This document shows, one piece after another, positions 21,001-30,817 of a stretch of DNA of 64,000 bases. The stretch comes from a virus. Location of the stretch: positions 1-64,000 of the IMG/VR virus record IMGVR_UViG_3300020411_000483; one strand, given 5' to 3'. The position numbers were made by a program, and so were the translations under genes. Under the pieces are notes generated by a model. It made no database searches. It was not told the DNA's origin and saw only the letters and a program-made list of their open reading frames with translations. Position 1 is the stretch's first letter, and each line of letters starts with the position of its first letter.

Positions 21001-21509
21001 ACTGTACCGTCGAGACCATATGCAGCAAGAGTAGTTGGGTTTGAAGCATTTGTAATTCTACCTTTAGCATCAACTACTACTTTAGTATATGTCCCAGTAG
21101 GTGTTGCTGTGCCATCATAATGAGGCAGAGTAGAAATAAGTGAAAGAGAAGTATTAAGCGTTAGGTTTGCACTACCATCAAAAACACCAGTAGCAGAAAC
21201 GTCATCAGCTAATTGAAATTGTCTAGTTGAAGCAAGTCTTGAAGCAGTAGAAGAGTTACCAATAAGCGTTGAAGTAATTGTGCCAGCAGCAAAGTTACCG
21301 TCGGCATCTCGTTGTACTAAAGTATTTGCAGTGTTTGAAGTTGATTCTACTGGTCTCTCATAACGTAATGAGTTCCATGCGGTTACACCATCTCCGATTT
21401 TAAACCGACCAGTATCCAACTCTATACCTAACTCACCTTGTGCTAGTGTAGGGTTGGCGTTTGCCCATTCTTGGGCACCACCTCGTCTTAATTGAATTCT
21501 ATTTGCCAT
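15051..21509 (-). CDS. long fibre protein (wac/fibritin position) with Mtd-like N-terminal domain
   Basis: N-terminus IQLRRG...W..ANP.LA.GELG.E.DT.RFKIGDG; many G/T/A/N-rich beta repeats; short coiled coil near the C-terminus. Confidence 0.85.
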   Translation of the reverse strand: MANRIQLRRGGAQEWANANPTLAQGELGIELDTGRFKIGDGVTAWNSLRYERPVESTSNTANTLVQRDADGNFAAGTITSTLIGNSSTASRLASTRQFQLADDVSATGVFDGSANLTLNTSLSLISTLPHYDGTATPTGTYTKVVVDAKGRITNASNPTTLAAYGLDGTVEGSSAQPYDNDLIAVAGLTTTGLISRTSAGTMATRTITGTAQRIQISDGGGISANPTIDLITTAVTAAEYNAASLTSAGGSQTVNATNYTVDAYGRLTASATLPIATAVEGTTAAAYNAATTYSRDDKITNASKLYQAIAGISAGAGAPTHSDTSDAGSWRYLGAVTTQQKGLASFAQEDFDVSAAGHVSISAAGVDNTQLQNNKISFSDSNTKEDFSLDSEKTAATANKGFNYLNYVKVNNTSGALLFGANNTGDGGAGEIDVNVRSYFSDPDVTFDGGASQTIDKTGDGNFTIQSTQNSSNARTFNLGVTNSGAGSSTLNITAEDLVDIKATEGTNGKVHVEGTKFQADYIGSTGATLHLDPGDDRAVSGTCRIHGDLQVDGTTTTVNSTTMQVDDVILTLGGDTAPTSDDNKDRGVEFRYYDSQARIGFFGYDDSASDLGGHTGAFSFLYNATNTSEVFSGTDAGIIAGNLKLTTNTNSTSNTTGDLVVAGGAGIGQAVNIGGLLDVDGTFRANSTSRFDDNIVFQGASKTFELKNGSGTTKTTFHTTTGNAEIGGVLTNTGNIDANANLNVASLVYFESTDEPNVALNNSTNLYEIQSSDYGALRCDGGGYFAKDVLFNNDIYLNGNFNQRDSGTESWGLRNWLQVRYKFRVGSSVAYNPTYATHNTSNLRVYGGGGIAQNLHIGATGSGEGLFVGKKNSGDTVKFSVLGATGNTEIQGTLDVTNGVDFDSTLNVDGGATFQDNVTINADNKFFKVQNNSSADKFTIDTDNGNTVVAGDLTVNGAGDFDTTLNVDGNATFQSNVNINGDGKMFTIENNAGADKFTVDSDNGNTVIAGTLDVTSAVGIDGNFDIGTNKFTIAAATGNTVIDGTLTVDEAVTITSGVLINDANKTLTVQNGSAVTKFEVDTDNGNTNIIGTLTVGDATQINDTFGTSGVNTHTNNTEQTLTGSYAADGAARFSGGIGLAKNLAVGGGARVYGNTELTGTLDLNNSADISGNLVVSNTDEATSLADGSVALQVAGGATIDKNTYVGGDFIVYDSANTRNAFMVDVSTGDATLHNDMTVGGNLIVNGTTTTVNSTVTTLDDPVITLGGDTAPSSDDAKDRGVEFRYYDGSAKIGFFGFDRSSQQFTFLTTVTNTAEVMAGTDGALRVGSINVTGAGTSVDIDNNANIDGTLTVDGQIISQVSSGPALVIPTTDKINNLNADLLDGMTTATANTASTVVNRDASGNFAAGTITAALTGNASTATTLQTARNIAVAGAVSGTVAFNGSADVSITTTFVDADITALAGMSGTGYVVRTAANTYAQRTLAVTANSGVTLTNADGVSGNTTINVASTASNSANNLVLRDGSGNFAAGTITATLTGNVTGDLTGNADTATQVKTIQGSGNASYYPTFVNSDNGSATAETVYTDAGITYNPSTNTLSATNIVGTLTGDVTGDLTGNADTATTLETARNIGGVSFNGSADINLPGVNAAGNQDTSGTAAIATTVTLADESTDTSCNVLFATGATGNLAPKTGTNLTFNSATGILTATGFAGPITGNVTGDATGNAGTATKLATARTIGGVSFDGSANINLPGVNAAGSQDTSGNAATATALATARTIGGTSFDGSANITPATATQAANLTNHNTGGLAEGTNLYYTEARVQAKLDNAYEQLRAMLNNLATSTTLTLNLSGDPTPGSVVTLGSISNDGVGGFSNGTGVATTGGTGSGLTVDTTTVGGVITAIALNAAGSGYLIGDTLSIANPNAGGVKTFNNATLTAGTGYASGTNISATGGDGSSLTVDITASSGGITGVTVNTAGSGYAAGNTITIANANASGVKTLGSISAGGSGYSNATGVATSSSGSGTGLTVDITTSAGAVTGVTINNDGSGYAASEVITISGGGGNATIPVSAIHGNGATIDIATVFVNATFALSDITTMEVGATVTGGTSGTTAVITALGTNAITVDNVDGFFKKGETVGANDVTNLTISSFA

Positions 21510-21543
21510 TTTGTTAGGACAACGCTAGTACTTGCTTCCAAGT

Positions 21544-21551
21544 TATTTATG
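21544..21551 (-). promoter_or_regulatory. late promoter variant CATAAATA upstream of the fibre gene
   Basis: Directly after the terminator, 35 nt before the ATG. Confidence 0.6.
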
Positions 21552-21556
21552 TCATT

Positions 21557-21578
21557 AAAAAGGGGGACTTACTCCCCC
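21557..21578 (-). terminator. rho-independent terminator
   Basis: GGGGGA-GTAAG-TCCCCC-TTTTT on the minus strand; the loop contains the stop codon of the 76-aa ORF. Confidence 0.85.
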
Positions 21579-21799
21579 GTGACTATTTCGTCTGTTACGT
21601 TAGTGTTTTCAGGTTCTTCTGGTTTCTCTATAAAGTAATCCAGTGTCTCTAAAGCACCTTGTAATTTCAGGGCAGTAACTTCATTTTCTCTAATTTTTGC
21701 AGCCAATTTTTTGTTTTCTTCTAGCAAGGCAGTGTACCTTGTTTGAAACTGTGACTGCATTTCCTCTTGGGAAACCTTTTCAACTGGTTGGTCTGTCAT
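21569..21799 (-). CDS. small coiled-coil hypothetical protein
   Basis: Heptad pattern ending LKLQGALETL. Confidence 0.75.
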   Translation of the reverse strand: MTDQPVEKVSQEEMQSQFQTRYTALLEENKKLAAKIRENEVTALKLQGALETLDYFIEKPEEPENTNVTDEIVTGE

Positions 21800-22016
21800 G
21801 ATCTTTAGCTAACGTTAGTAATAAGGATTTAATTTCACCCAATTCAGATTTTAACTCAGAAACATCATTTTGTAAAGTGTTAATCTTCTTTTCTTTAGCC
21901 TTCTCAGCATTTACTCCTGCCATATATTTTAAATATGCTGATTGATTTCCTAAATCAACCCCTCCAGAGTCGGTATCTTTAAACCATCCCTGTAGGTCTT
22001 TCACTGGCACTTTCAT
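21780..22016 (-). CDS. small coiled-coil hypothetical protein downstream of VrlC
   Basis: INTLQNDVSELKSELGEIKSLL heptads; start overlaps the VrlC stop. Confidence 0.8.
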   Translation of the reverse strand: MKVPVKDLQGWFKDTDSGGVDLGNQSAYLKYMAGVNAEKAKEKKINTLQNDVSELKSELGEIKSLLLTLAKDHDRPTS

Positions 22017-25000
22017 TAGATTGCTAAAGCGATTCCTCTAAAGTCTTTAATTACAGGACTGTATGCTTGACTTGGTGAAGCGAATACAATCTTAATCTGG
22101 AATTGGTCAAACGACAAACCAGAAACCTCATATTCATAATCCTTAAACACGTAGTTATCAGTTGTACCAGGTACTATCTGATTAGCGGTAGGGAAGAATT
22201 CAAACCCGAATTTTTCAATTGGGTCAGTGTTTCCAGTTGGACGCACTCTATATAGGACTCTAATAATAGCATTAGTTGGGCGGAAAGCCGCAAACATTGC
22301 TTTAATAGCACCAGAAGAGTTTGTCAATGTAGCAGTTCTTGTTATATAAACTGCTTCATGCTCATCACCAGTAGAAAGTTTAGCAGAATCTATATTACTT
22401 GGGTTATTAATTCGGTTAGAAACTAATACTGCACTCATCCTATCAGTATCAATAATAGGAGAAACGTTAGTTGCTGTTGTCTTTAAGTTTAAATCTAACC
22501 TTAAAGACTTCTCACCACTCAATTCTTCAGATTCATTAATCTGTGAACAAATCAGTTTAGGTGAGGTCAACTGATTGTTGTTTTGTATTAGAAGGTCATA
22601 GAAGATTCCATCATTTGCAAAAGAACCAGATAGTGATGTTGCACCATCGTTAATAGATGTGCCACTAATAAAGTTTGCTCTTGCTGTAATAGAAGTCTTA
22701 GGTAGAATCATCCTCTGGATTTGAGGAACGATATTCTCAAACTGTAAGTTTTGAGTAGCAGTTGCATTTGCACCACCACCTCTAATACCTACATCACCAA
22801 GAGATGTAACTGCAATTTCATAAGAATCCAATGTAGGATTCTGAATAGCAGCATGTGTCTTATTCAATTCTGGTAAAGGAATACCATCAAGGTTATAACA
22901 TGACACTACAGACTCATCTGCATGAGATGCAGCAGTTGTATTATCTTGTGCTCTTGCTTGAATAGTCATTGTCTTACCATCATTAGAGATAGCAGAGTAT
23001 GACATTATTTCAGTACCAATCTTAATAAATCCTACGTTAGATGCACTAATTGCTTGTCCATTAATTGTCTTATGGAATGCACTAGCATCATTAACTGTTA
23101 TGGATGTATCTGTTGCTGAAATAGCAGCAGTTAGATATGTATCACTAATCTCAGATATCAAACCTGTCAATGTGACATTGTTTGAGATGTCATGCATTGC
23201 ATGATTAGTATGATACACCTTAATCTTCCTTTGATCAGTAGTATATGTTGGTGTAACGTCAGGGAATGCATCGGAAATTGCTCCAGTCTCTACAGCGTCA
23301 CCAGATGGAGTGAAGACATTAACAGTTGCAGTCTTACCAGATGTGCCACCTGTTATAACTTCAGTTGAGTTGGTAAAGTCATCAGAGACAGATGTCAATG
23401 CAAACGTTGCTGCACCACCACCATTGTCTGTCCAAGTACCTACAACAGCAGTTGGAGCACCAGAGGAGTTACCAGTAATGGTTTCTCCAACAGTAAATGC
23501 ACCAGATGCACCTGTTACAGTCATTGCAGCAGTTGTCTTAGATGATACGATACGGTTAGTTACGGTACCACCAGCAGAAGAACCTTGTGCAAATGTACCT
23601 GAGATATTATCTAATGTAATAGCAACACCAGCAGTTAAGGTTTCAACTTTAACAATTGTACCTTCTGCAAGAGTTGTCTTCTGATAAACTCTAGCACCAA
23701 CAGTATATGGTAGTGTTGTAGAGTTAAGTACTAAACGAATTTGAGGTTGGAAAGTTTCAATAGGATCTCTTCTCAGTGCTAATACACCTTTATTACCAAC
23801 ACCTAGTTTAGCGTTGTTTAATGTAACCTGAGTATTACCACTATTATCGAATTCTGCTCTATAGATACTAAACTTCAAATCTTCGTATTGGTCAGCAGTC
23901 CATGTAGATGCGTTTTGTGATTTGAATAACACACCAGCATATGGCTGCTCAGATATAGTCCTGTCTCCAGTAATATCTAACTCACCCATTCGAGATATCC
24001 AAACCTGATATGAGTTGGAGTCAGAGAGCAATACGAAACAATGCTCTTGAGACTGAGGAATATAAACTGGTGCTCTGAATGTAAACTTAGTAGCAACCGC
24101 ACCAACTTCAGATAACTGAACTTGTGATGGGTTTAAAGTTGTATCAGAGAATGGAAGAATGGTCTTCGTAGGATAACCATTTTCCATAGTCCTTATCTGC
24201 ATTGAGATAGGGATGTTTGTATCTTTTGTATTGAAGTAAACGTCAACAGAAGTTAGATATACACCACCTTCTTCGTCACAAATAAATGATTGTGCAAGAG
24301 GGTCATACCAACCAATCTGTCTTGTCTCTGTCCTAGTGGTATTAATAACTCTTTCTTCTGTTACTGTATCACGGACAACTTCAGCATTTCTTATAGCAAG
24401 AATATTTTCTTGGACTGTATTTAATGTACCTGTTGCTGAGTATTCAGTTTCAGCAGATGAATCTACTGTACCAGCAAGTCTACTATCTGAATCAGATGTA
24501 GTAAAACGTAATGTCCTACTACCAGTAGCCCAACGTGGGTTAGTATTTACACCTGGATTTGGAATAAAGAATGACCCAGAGAATTGACCTAATCTATCAG
24601 AAAGGACTCTTCTATCTTTAACAACTGCTTTAGCACCTGAAGCACCTGTTAGAATCTCACCAACTTGCATATTACCATAGTAATCACCAACTGCTTGCTC
24701 TGCAAGAGAGTCAAGGTCGATGTTTAGATATGCAGTAGTTGATGCATATGATGTAGCAGTTGCAGTATCATCATATGGACTGTATTCAAACTTATCATTA
24801 GGTGCTGCAACTTTAAATCTTACACCACTTGTCTCACCTACAACGGTTTCTCCAATAACAAATGGAGTTGAGTTTGTCCTAGCATCCACAGCAGGATCCT
24901 TAACTAACTCAATAATCTTAGGCATTATATAACCATCTATATTTGTGCCATCAAAGAATGTGAAGAATTGAGTCCTAGGCTTCATACGGACAACATTCAC

Positions 25001-28000
25001 AGCAAGGTTTCTTGACCTTACCCAAGGTATAGTAGTTGCAGATATAAGTCTATCACCCTGTGATACTCTATCAATCCTTGGTACAACTCTAGTCCTAATA
25101 CCTTCTCTTGACTGACCTGCATTAACTCTAATCGTAGTAACTCTGTTAATACGACGCATACCACGACCATCCCATACATCAGGTCGAGGTGACTTACCAA
25201 TATCTTCTGCTATCCAATGCTGGTTATGTACAACCTCAGAGGAAATAACTTCTTCATCACCACCCCAGTTAGTCTGCCATGATCCCCACTCAATAGGTAA
25301 CATTCCATTCTGGTCAACACCTAATTCACCAGATACTTGTTGGAAATCACCCTCAGTTGGGATAACTCTTTCAGGTAGTCTTTCAGTATCAATCCAATCA
25401 TCAGATGATGGAGTTAAATCAATACGTCCAATATATGTGAAGACGTTAAATGGGTTAACGTTTTCAACTCTGGAAGCATAAGGTTGGTCAATGATTTTAA
25501 ATTCTGTATAAGGTAACGAGATTAGTGGACCAGTTACCTGATAGTTTGTTGATAATGTAGTATTAAGTATTAAGGCAACGTTAGTTGTATAGTGAGATGC
25601 TCTACAAATACCTTCTCTAAAGTCTAATGAAGCACCAAAATCTTCATGGGATGTATCTGACTTACTATGATCTGCAAAGTCATCAACAATAAATCCATTT
25701 TTGAAACGATCCTTACCAGTAGAATCTACAATAGTAGTATTGAAAGTATCAGTTTCAAGCATGTTGAGTGAAGTATAATACTCAACTTGGTCTAATCTAC
25801 GCTCAAGAGCACCAATGTCTCTCATAGTATAGCGTCTATTATCAGACCTCTTAATTACGGTATCGTTATCATCTCCAAATCCATATGGTCTATGCTTAAG
25901 GGTAGCAAGATGCATACCATCTTTTAGACTATCTGGGTCTTGTGGTTCAGATGATGACTTACCTTTAACAATCTGGAATTCACCATTAGGAAGTAAGAAT
26001 ATCTTATCAGTCCTAGGTAGATACCAATCAAAGTCACAACGGAAATCACTATCTAACTTAGGAATATCAAAGATAGTAGAGTTAGTTGTGCCACCAATCG
26101 TGAATACTCTTGACTTAAAGTCAAAAGTAGAGCAGTTTACATATGCAGGAGTATTAATTGTACCTGCATCACTATAAAGATTCTTAGCACCTGGTCTCCA
26201 ATCTAAGTAATCTGCCAAGAAGTTGACATTAAAGAATGGAATATCTGTATATGCTGTATTAAGATATGATTGACCAGAGAAGTAATCACCTGTAGAAGAA
26301 TGCTGATAGAAATCACAAACAATCTTCAACTGACGAATTGGTTTTGAAACACCTTTCTTACGAATACATCTTGCTGTATCGTATATAAATCCTGTCTGAC
26401 CATCTTCTAAGTAGAAGTTGTCAGTAACAACTTTAGATCCTTTAACAACTGATGCTGCACCGTCATTGATAATACCAGTGATTGCATTTCCTGCACTATC
26501 TTGACCAGTAATAGTTTCACCTGGTACAAACTGAGTATCACCAACATAAACAAGACTTAGTTTCAAACTTGCAGATGCAAATTCAACAACCTTTGCTCTT
26601 GCTGCTGATGTTCTACCTGTAACGATAGTATTAGTAGCAAAGAATACTGGCTCAACTAGAGTTACACTTGGTACAACTGCTTCATTATCATCATATGATT
26701 CGTAGATAGCATGTAATCTATATGCATCAACTAAACCTAATGATATATCTTTATCTTCAATTCTTGTGCCATACAGTGTGGAGAATGTCAAACCATACTG
26801 AGGCTTATCGAGACTTCTAATTGTCTTATTAACTTTCAAGACAAACATCTCTTTCATTGATTTTGTCTTCTTAGTAGTTACGTTCTTAGATACTGTTGCT
26901 GTAACTTTAATAGAAGTAATGTTTGTTAGGTTAGCAATCGATAGAGTAGTCCTATCAGATGTTGTGAATGTGCAATAACCTACACTACCAGAGTTAGTAG
27001 TGTTAATAGCAAGTTGGTCACCTACAGGGTGTGTGCTATTACTACCTGCTAATACAGTAATATTATAATGCTCTTGGTCTAATGCAACAAACTGCTCATT
27101 CTCAGGTAGAGTTATTGATACAGCATTTGAAGCAACAGTTTGTGCATCAAATGTCCTTCTAACAATAGATGATTCGTCAGAAATACTCTTGATGTATTTC
27201 TTAGGCATTGGACTGAATAGGTCAGCATTATCAATACCTTGTAATTTACCACGGTATCTAACCAATACTGTATATTCTCCAGCAGAAGGGGCAGCAGCAC
27301 CAGCACCAGGAGTTACATTAGCAGTCTGGTTACCATAATTAAATATGCTAGACATACCAGTAGAACTTAAACTACCTGGAGTTACCTTATCAATATCAAC
27401 ATACTTAGTTGAGCTAAAGTAAACTCTATCACCAGGACGTAAGTCAATAGCGAAGTTAGAGTTTAAACCAGTAATCTTTTCAGAACCACCAGTAGCATCA
27501 TAAGTGAATGAGTCACCTTCTAGTCTAAGAATATCTTCAAGAACCAAGTCAGCAGTAAATTCAACTGCACTTGTGCTCTCATCTCTTGTAAGTAACTGAC
27601 GAGTGTCAGAGAACTTATAACTATGGACATCAGCAATGGTGTCAACATTTTCACCATTGAGTAAAAGCATCTCTCCTTTTACGAATGTACCTTCTACTTG
27701 ATATAAAATCCAATCATCATTGGATGATACTGTGTTAACAATATATCCTCTTGCACCAGATGTACCACCTACAAGTATTGACCCTTGGTCAACTGACTTA
27801 GCAGATGATAGAGTAACCAAAGTAAACATCTGTACATCAAAGATGTTTATCTTATATTTGTCATCAGGGTTACCGAAAGTATTATCAGGGTCTTCAACAT
27901 GCTCAATAGCAGCAGTACGAGCATATCCAATAAGATTACCTTGCTGGTCACCAGGAGTACCTGAATAAGTATCACGCAACTCAATAACTTGATAGTTATT

Positions 28001-29242
28001 TTGTACAGTAGAACCTGTTAGATTAGGGAAACCATACATGTTGTTAATTCTTGCCCAGTTACCCAATTCAAATGGAATGATTTTGTTTTGTACTGAGTCT
28101 GTATCCCTTGGTTTTTCTAAGTCAACATAAGTTGGGGATAACGTTTTAATTCTATAACCTCTAACATAAGCAAGACCTGGACCTAACTCTACTGAAAATA
28201 GATTCTCAGCAGCAGTTACACCACCAGAAGTAGTCTGACCAGTAGTATAAACACCATTATTAAAACCATCAGAGAGGTTTTGTCTCATGGTGATCTGGAA
28301 ATCAGATACAACATAGTTGCCAGATTCTTCGTATGTCCTTAATGCTAATGATTTCTCTAACTCATCATAAGCTGAACGGTCAACGAGTTTCTCAATCTTA
28401 GACCCATTGATACGAAGTAATTCAATGAAATCTTTATCTGCGTCGTCTGTTAAAAGTTTCTTATTTAATTTTGTGGTTATTCGGAACCTATGAGCACCAG
28501 GAGCAGCATAATTAGATGTGCCTGCTGCGTTATCATTGAGTGATAAGTCATCTTCGGGGGTGATGATAGACTCTTGGATGTCAAGTCCGACTCGATAGGA
28601 TGGGGTGTTTCCATATTGATCTAATAAAATATACTGATAAGGTACGTCTACAAAGAAACCACGAATGTAGTAGACACCTGTTTGGACATAAGCAACACTA
28701 CCAGTTTGTAATGCAGCAGTAGGAAGTAATTGTGCAAATGGTGAACCAATCTCAATTAGAGTTGTACCAAATGTAATTTCCTTCTCTGTAATTAACTGCT
28801 CGTTATTGGAGAATGTTCCTTGGTCATTTTTTGTACCACCTGATTCGATATACTTAACGTAGATAGTAATATATCCTTTATCTGAATCGGTAGATGAAAT
28901 ACTATATAATACTTTTGCTCTAACACCAGATGTTAGACCTTCTATAATTAAACCGTCTAATTGAGACCTATAATTTTCAACTTCTGCTCCTAAGAAACTC
29001 TCCTGTAGCATGATACAATCGACATTCAGGTCATAACCAACTTGACCTGGAATAACCATTGCACCATCTTTAAAGAGATGACCACCAATGTTTTCTATCT
29101 GGTTTTGTAAGATGGACTGTGAAGTAGTTAACTCTCTAGCTTGTATCGGGAAGCCAGGGCGATATAACACTCGATAAAAGTTTTTACTTTTATCAAAGTC
29201 GTCATAATAGGGAGTGACGTTTAGGTTGGTATTCTGTGCCAT
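22016..29242 (-). CDS. VrlC-like / DUF4815 large virion structural protein
   Basis: N-terminus NLNV.PYYDDFD..KNFY.VL.RPGFPIQARELT; RFKNGFIVDDF; DPLAQSF; LFKSQNASTW. Confidence 0.9.
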   Translation of the reverse strand: MAQNTNLNVTPYYDDFDKSKNFYRVLYRPGFPIQARELTTSQSILQNQIENIGGHLFKDGAMVIPGQVGYDLNVDCIMLQESFLGAEVENYRSQLDGLIIEGLTSGVRAKVLYSISSTDSDKGYITIYVKYIESGGTKNDQGTFSNNEQLITEKEITFGTTLIEIGSPFAQLLPTAALQTGSVAYVQTGVYYIRGFFVDVPYQYILLDQYGNTPSYRVGLDIQESIITPEDDLSLNDNAAGTSNYAAPGAHRFRITTKLNKKLLTDDADKDFIELLRINGSKIEKLVDRSAYDELEKSLALRTYEESGNYVVSDFQITMRQNLSDGFNNGVYTTGQTTSGGVTAAENLFSVELGPGLAYVRGYRIKTLSPTYVDLEKPRDTDSVQNKIIPFELGNWARINNMYGFPNLTGSTVQNNYQVIELRDTYSGTPGDQQGNLIGYARTAAIEHVEDPDNTFGNPDDKYKINIFDVQMFTLVTLSSAKSVDQGSILVGGTSGARGYIVNTVSSNDDWILYQVEGTFVKGEMLLLNGENVDTIADVHSYKFSDTRQLLTRDESTSAVEFTADLVLEDILRLEGDSFTYDATGGSEKITGLNSNFAIDLRPGDRVYFSSTKYVDIDKVTPGSLSSTGMSSIFNYGNQTANVTPGAGAAAPSAGEYTVLVRYRGKLQGIDNADLFSPMPKKYIKSISDESSIVRRTFDAQTVASNAVSITLPENEQFVALDQEHYNITVLAGSNSTHPVGDQLAINTTNSGSVGYCTFTTSDRTTLSIANLTNITSIKVTATVSKNVTTKKTKSMKEMFVLKVNKTIRSLDKPQYGLTFSTLYGTRIEDKDISLGLVDAYRLHAIYESYDDNEAVVPSVTLVEPVFFATNTIVTGRTSAARAKVVEFASASLKLSLVYVGDTQFVPGETITGQDSAGNAITGIINDGAASVVKGSKVVTDNFYLEDGQTGFIYDTARCIRKKGVSKPIRQLKIVCDFYQHSSTGDYFSGQSYLNTAYTDIPFFNVNFLADYLDWRPGAKNLYSDAGTINTPAYVNCSTFDFKSRVFTIGGTTNSTIFDIPKLDSDFRCDFDWYLPRTDKIFLLPNGEFQIVKGKSSSEPQDPDSLKDGMHLATLKHRPYGFGDDNDTVIKRSDNRRYTMRDIGALERRLDQVEYYTSLNMLETDTFNTTIVDSTGKDRFKNGFIVDDFADHSKSDTSHEDFGASLDFREGICRASHYTTNVALILNTTLSTNYQVTGPLISLPYTEFKIIDQPYASRVENVNPFNVFTYIGRIDLTPSSDDWIDTERLPERVIPTEGDFQQVSGELGVDQNGMLPIEWGSWQTNWGGDEEVISSEVVHNQHWIAEDIGKSPRPDVWDGRGMRRINRVTTIRVNAGQSREGIRTRVVPRIDRVSQGDRLISATTIPWVRSRNLAVNVVRMKPRTQFFTFFDGTNIDGYIMPKIIELVKDPAVDARTNSTPFVIGETVVGETSGVRFKVAAPNDKFEYSPYDDTATATSYASTTAYLNIDLDSLAEQAVGDYYGNMQVGEILTGASGAKAVVKDRRVLSDRLGQFSGSFFIPNPGVNTNPRWATGSRTLRFTTSDSDSRLAGTVDSSAETEYSATGTLNTVQENILAIRNAEVVRDTVTEERVINTTRTETRQIGWYDPLAQSFICDEEGGVYLTSVDVYFNTKDTNIPISMQIRTMENGYPTKTILPFSDTTLNPSQVQLSEVGAVATKFTFRAPVYIPQSQEHCFVLLSDSNSYQVWISRMGELDITGDRTISEQPYAGVLFKSQNASTWTADQYEDLKFSIYRAEFDNSGNTQVTLNNAKLGVGNKGVLALRRDPIETFQPQIRLVLNSTTLPYTVGARVYQKTTLAEGTIVKVETLTAGVAITLDNISGTFAQGSSAGGTVTNRIVSSKTTAAMTVTGASGAFTVGETITGNSSGAPTAVVGTWTDNGGGAATFALTSVSDDFTNSTEVITGGTSGKTATVNVFTPSGDAVETGAISDAFPDVTPTYTTDQRKIKVYHTNHAMHDISNNVTLTGLISEISDTYLTAAISATDTSITVNDASAFHKTINGQAISASNVGFIKIGTEIMSYSAISNDGKTMTIQARAQDNTTAASHADESVVSCYNLDGIPLPELNKTHAAIQNPTLDSYEIAVTSLGDVGIRGGGANATATQNLQFENIVPQIQRMILPKTSITARANFISGTSINDGATSLSGSFANDGIFYDLLIQNNNQLTSPKLICSQINESEELSGEKSLRLDLNLKTTATNVSPIIDTDRMSAVLVSNRINNPSNIDSAKLSTGDEHEAVYITRTATLTNSSGAIKAMFAAFRPTNAIIRVLYRVRPTGNTDPIEKFGFEFFPTANQIVPGTTDNYVFKDYEYEVSGLSFDQFQIKIVFASPSQAYSPVIKDFRGIALAI

Positions 29243-29243
29243 C

Positions 29244-30776
29244 TTAGAATTCTATTACGATTTTAATGTCTTCGATTTGGTCGTTTGCACGACTAATGGA
29301 TCTCCTGTTATCGATGTAAATGATTTGACCATCGTTGGATTTAATTTCAGGTTTTGCATAACCATTGTTAAATTTCATACCCAAATCATATTCAGTATTG
29401 TTGATGGTACGTGAGGAGGAATTAGGGACGGCTGGGAAGTTAACATCAGGAGCACCTGCTGCACCACTCGTCGCACCACTAATTACGTTAGATCCATCAA
29501 ATTCATTAAGAGTACCAGTTACTTCTGGGAATATACCATCAACTGCGTTTTGATAGTATTTCAAAAGCTTTGTAGTTGCATTCCATGAAATGACTCTACC
29601 ACGAGCCGTAACGTTAGTACCTCCGACTACTCTTGTCTGAGTGATGATTTCATCAGGGACGTAGTTACCTTGGAATGTAGGTGAGAAAATAACTGCTTTA
29701 GCTGCTGATACAGTTAAGTCAGCAAGTAATTCAGTTGTGCCGAATTTTAATGGGTTAGTGATAAGACCAATTCGACGATAGTCATTATCTACAGGGAAGT
29801 CACCAGCACCCTCATCATATGAGAGTTTGGCATTAATCATTACCCTGAACGCTCCCATCTCCACCACTGGATCATATCCATGACCACCAGGAGGAGGAAT
29901 GATAACGTCCACCTGACCGCCAGTACCAGTACCAATACCTGTAATATTGTCAATACTAATTTTACCAAAGGTATAGCCAGTACCACCAGAAGTAACAGTA
30001 GCAGAAATAATGCGACCACCATCGACGACAATTGAGACACGACCACCAGTCCCATCGCCGTTAATAGCAACATTGTCATAGGTTCCATTGTTATATCCTG
30101 ACCCTGCTGAGTTTATCACAACGGTATCAATTTCACCAGCAACAGCATTTGTCTTCACCGCATCATTGGTGAAAACAGGCATATAGTCATTACTAAAGAA
30201 TTTTAAAACGGAAGCAACAGGAATAGTATAAAGATACTTCCAACGATAGCTATCGGCGGTAGTGATAATACTTGTTGAAGTACCTGTCGGCTCCACTGTG
30301 GAAGGTTTACCATTTGGGTCGGATGGACTTGTACCGTTATATATGCACTTATAGACTTGATACTGACTGTTTACAACATAAAAGTCAGAATCGTATAGTT
30401 TTGTAGCACCAGATGATGCTGTTTTACTTGGTGAGTAATCGTGACGATACATGTCATAGGTGAAACCTAGACCACCAGTAGTTTGCTCAGGACTTACCCA
30501 GTCGATACGACGTACCACTTGAACCGTGTCGGCAGCTAATACACGCTTCAGTGAAATCATATCGTCATAGGAAGACGAAAATTCCAAAAAGGAGTCTACT
30601 GCTTGTGGAGGTGAGTTTTCATCATCCCAAGCTTGAGGTCTACCAATAAAGATATAAACCCTGTCTCTAGTTGCTCCAGCATCGGAGTCACTCTGTGTCG
30701 ATATTGGACCTTCGAGTGCTTTAATGAATTTTTGAGCAGAAAAGATTCTAAATTGATCTGTTAATAACGCTGCCAT
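29244..30776 (-). CDS. gp8: baseplate wedge subunit gp8
   Basis: YIFIGRPQAW.DE..PP, VYKCIYN, D.YRWKYLYTIP, IYIDNR..I.R..DQ.EDIKIVIEF. Confidence 0.93.
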   Translation of the reverse strand: MAALLTDQFRIFSAQKFIKALEGPISTQSDSDAGATRDRVYIFIGRPQAWDDENSPPQAVDSFLEFSSSYDDMISLKRVLAADTVQVVRRIDWVSPEQTTGGLGFTYDMYRHDYSPSKTASSGATKLYDSDFYVVNSQYQVYKCIYNGTSPSDPNGKPSTVEPTGTSTSIITTADSYRWKYLYTIPVASVLKFFSNDYMPVFTNDAVKTNAVAGEIDTVVINSAGSGYNNGTYDNVAINGDGTGGRVSIVVDGGRIISATVTSGGTGYTFGKISIDNITGIGTGTGGQVDVIIPPPGGHGYDPVVEMGAFRVMINAKLSYDEGAGDFPVDNDYRRIGLITNPLKFGTTELLADLTVSAAKAVIFSPTFQGNYVPDEIITQTRVVGGTNVTARGRVISWNATTKLLKYYQNAVDGIFPEVTGTLNEFDGSNVISGATSGAAGAPDVNFPAVPNSSSRTINNTEYDLGMKFNNGYAKPEIKSNDGQIIYIDNRRSISRANDQIEDIKIVIEF

Positions 30777-30805
30777 TTAACTATAGGTACTTAATGTCCT
30801 TTGTC

Positions 30806-30813
30806 TATTTATC
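30806..30813 (-). promoter_or_regulatory. late promoter variant GATAAATA upstream of gp8
   Basis: Intergenic, 30 nt before the ATG. Confidence 0.55.
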
Positions 30814-30817
30814 AAGG

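Noticed and set aside
15051-21509. Mtd-like N-terminus suggesting a diversity-generating retroelement target
   Set aside because: No reverse transcriptase and no TR/VR pair with adenine-specific mismatches was seen. The motif is the attachment domain, not the variable CLec domain.
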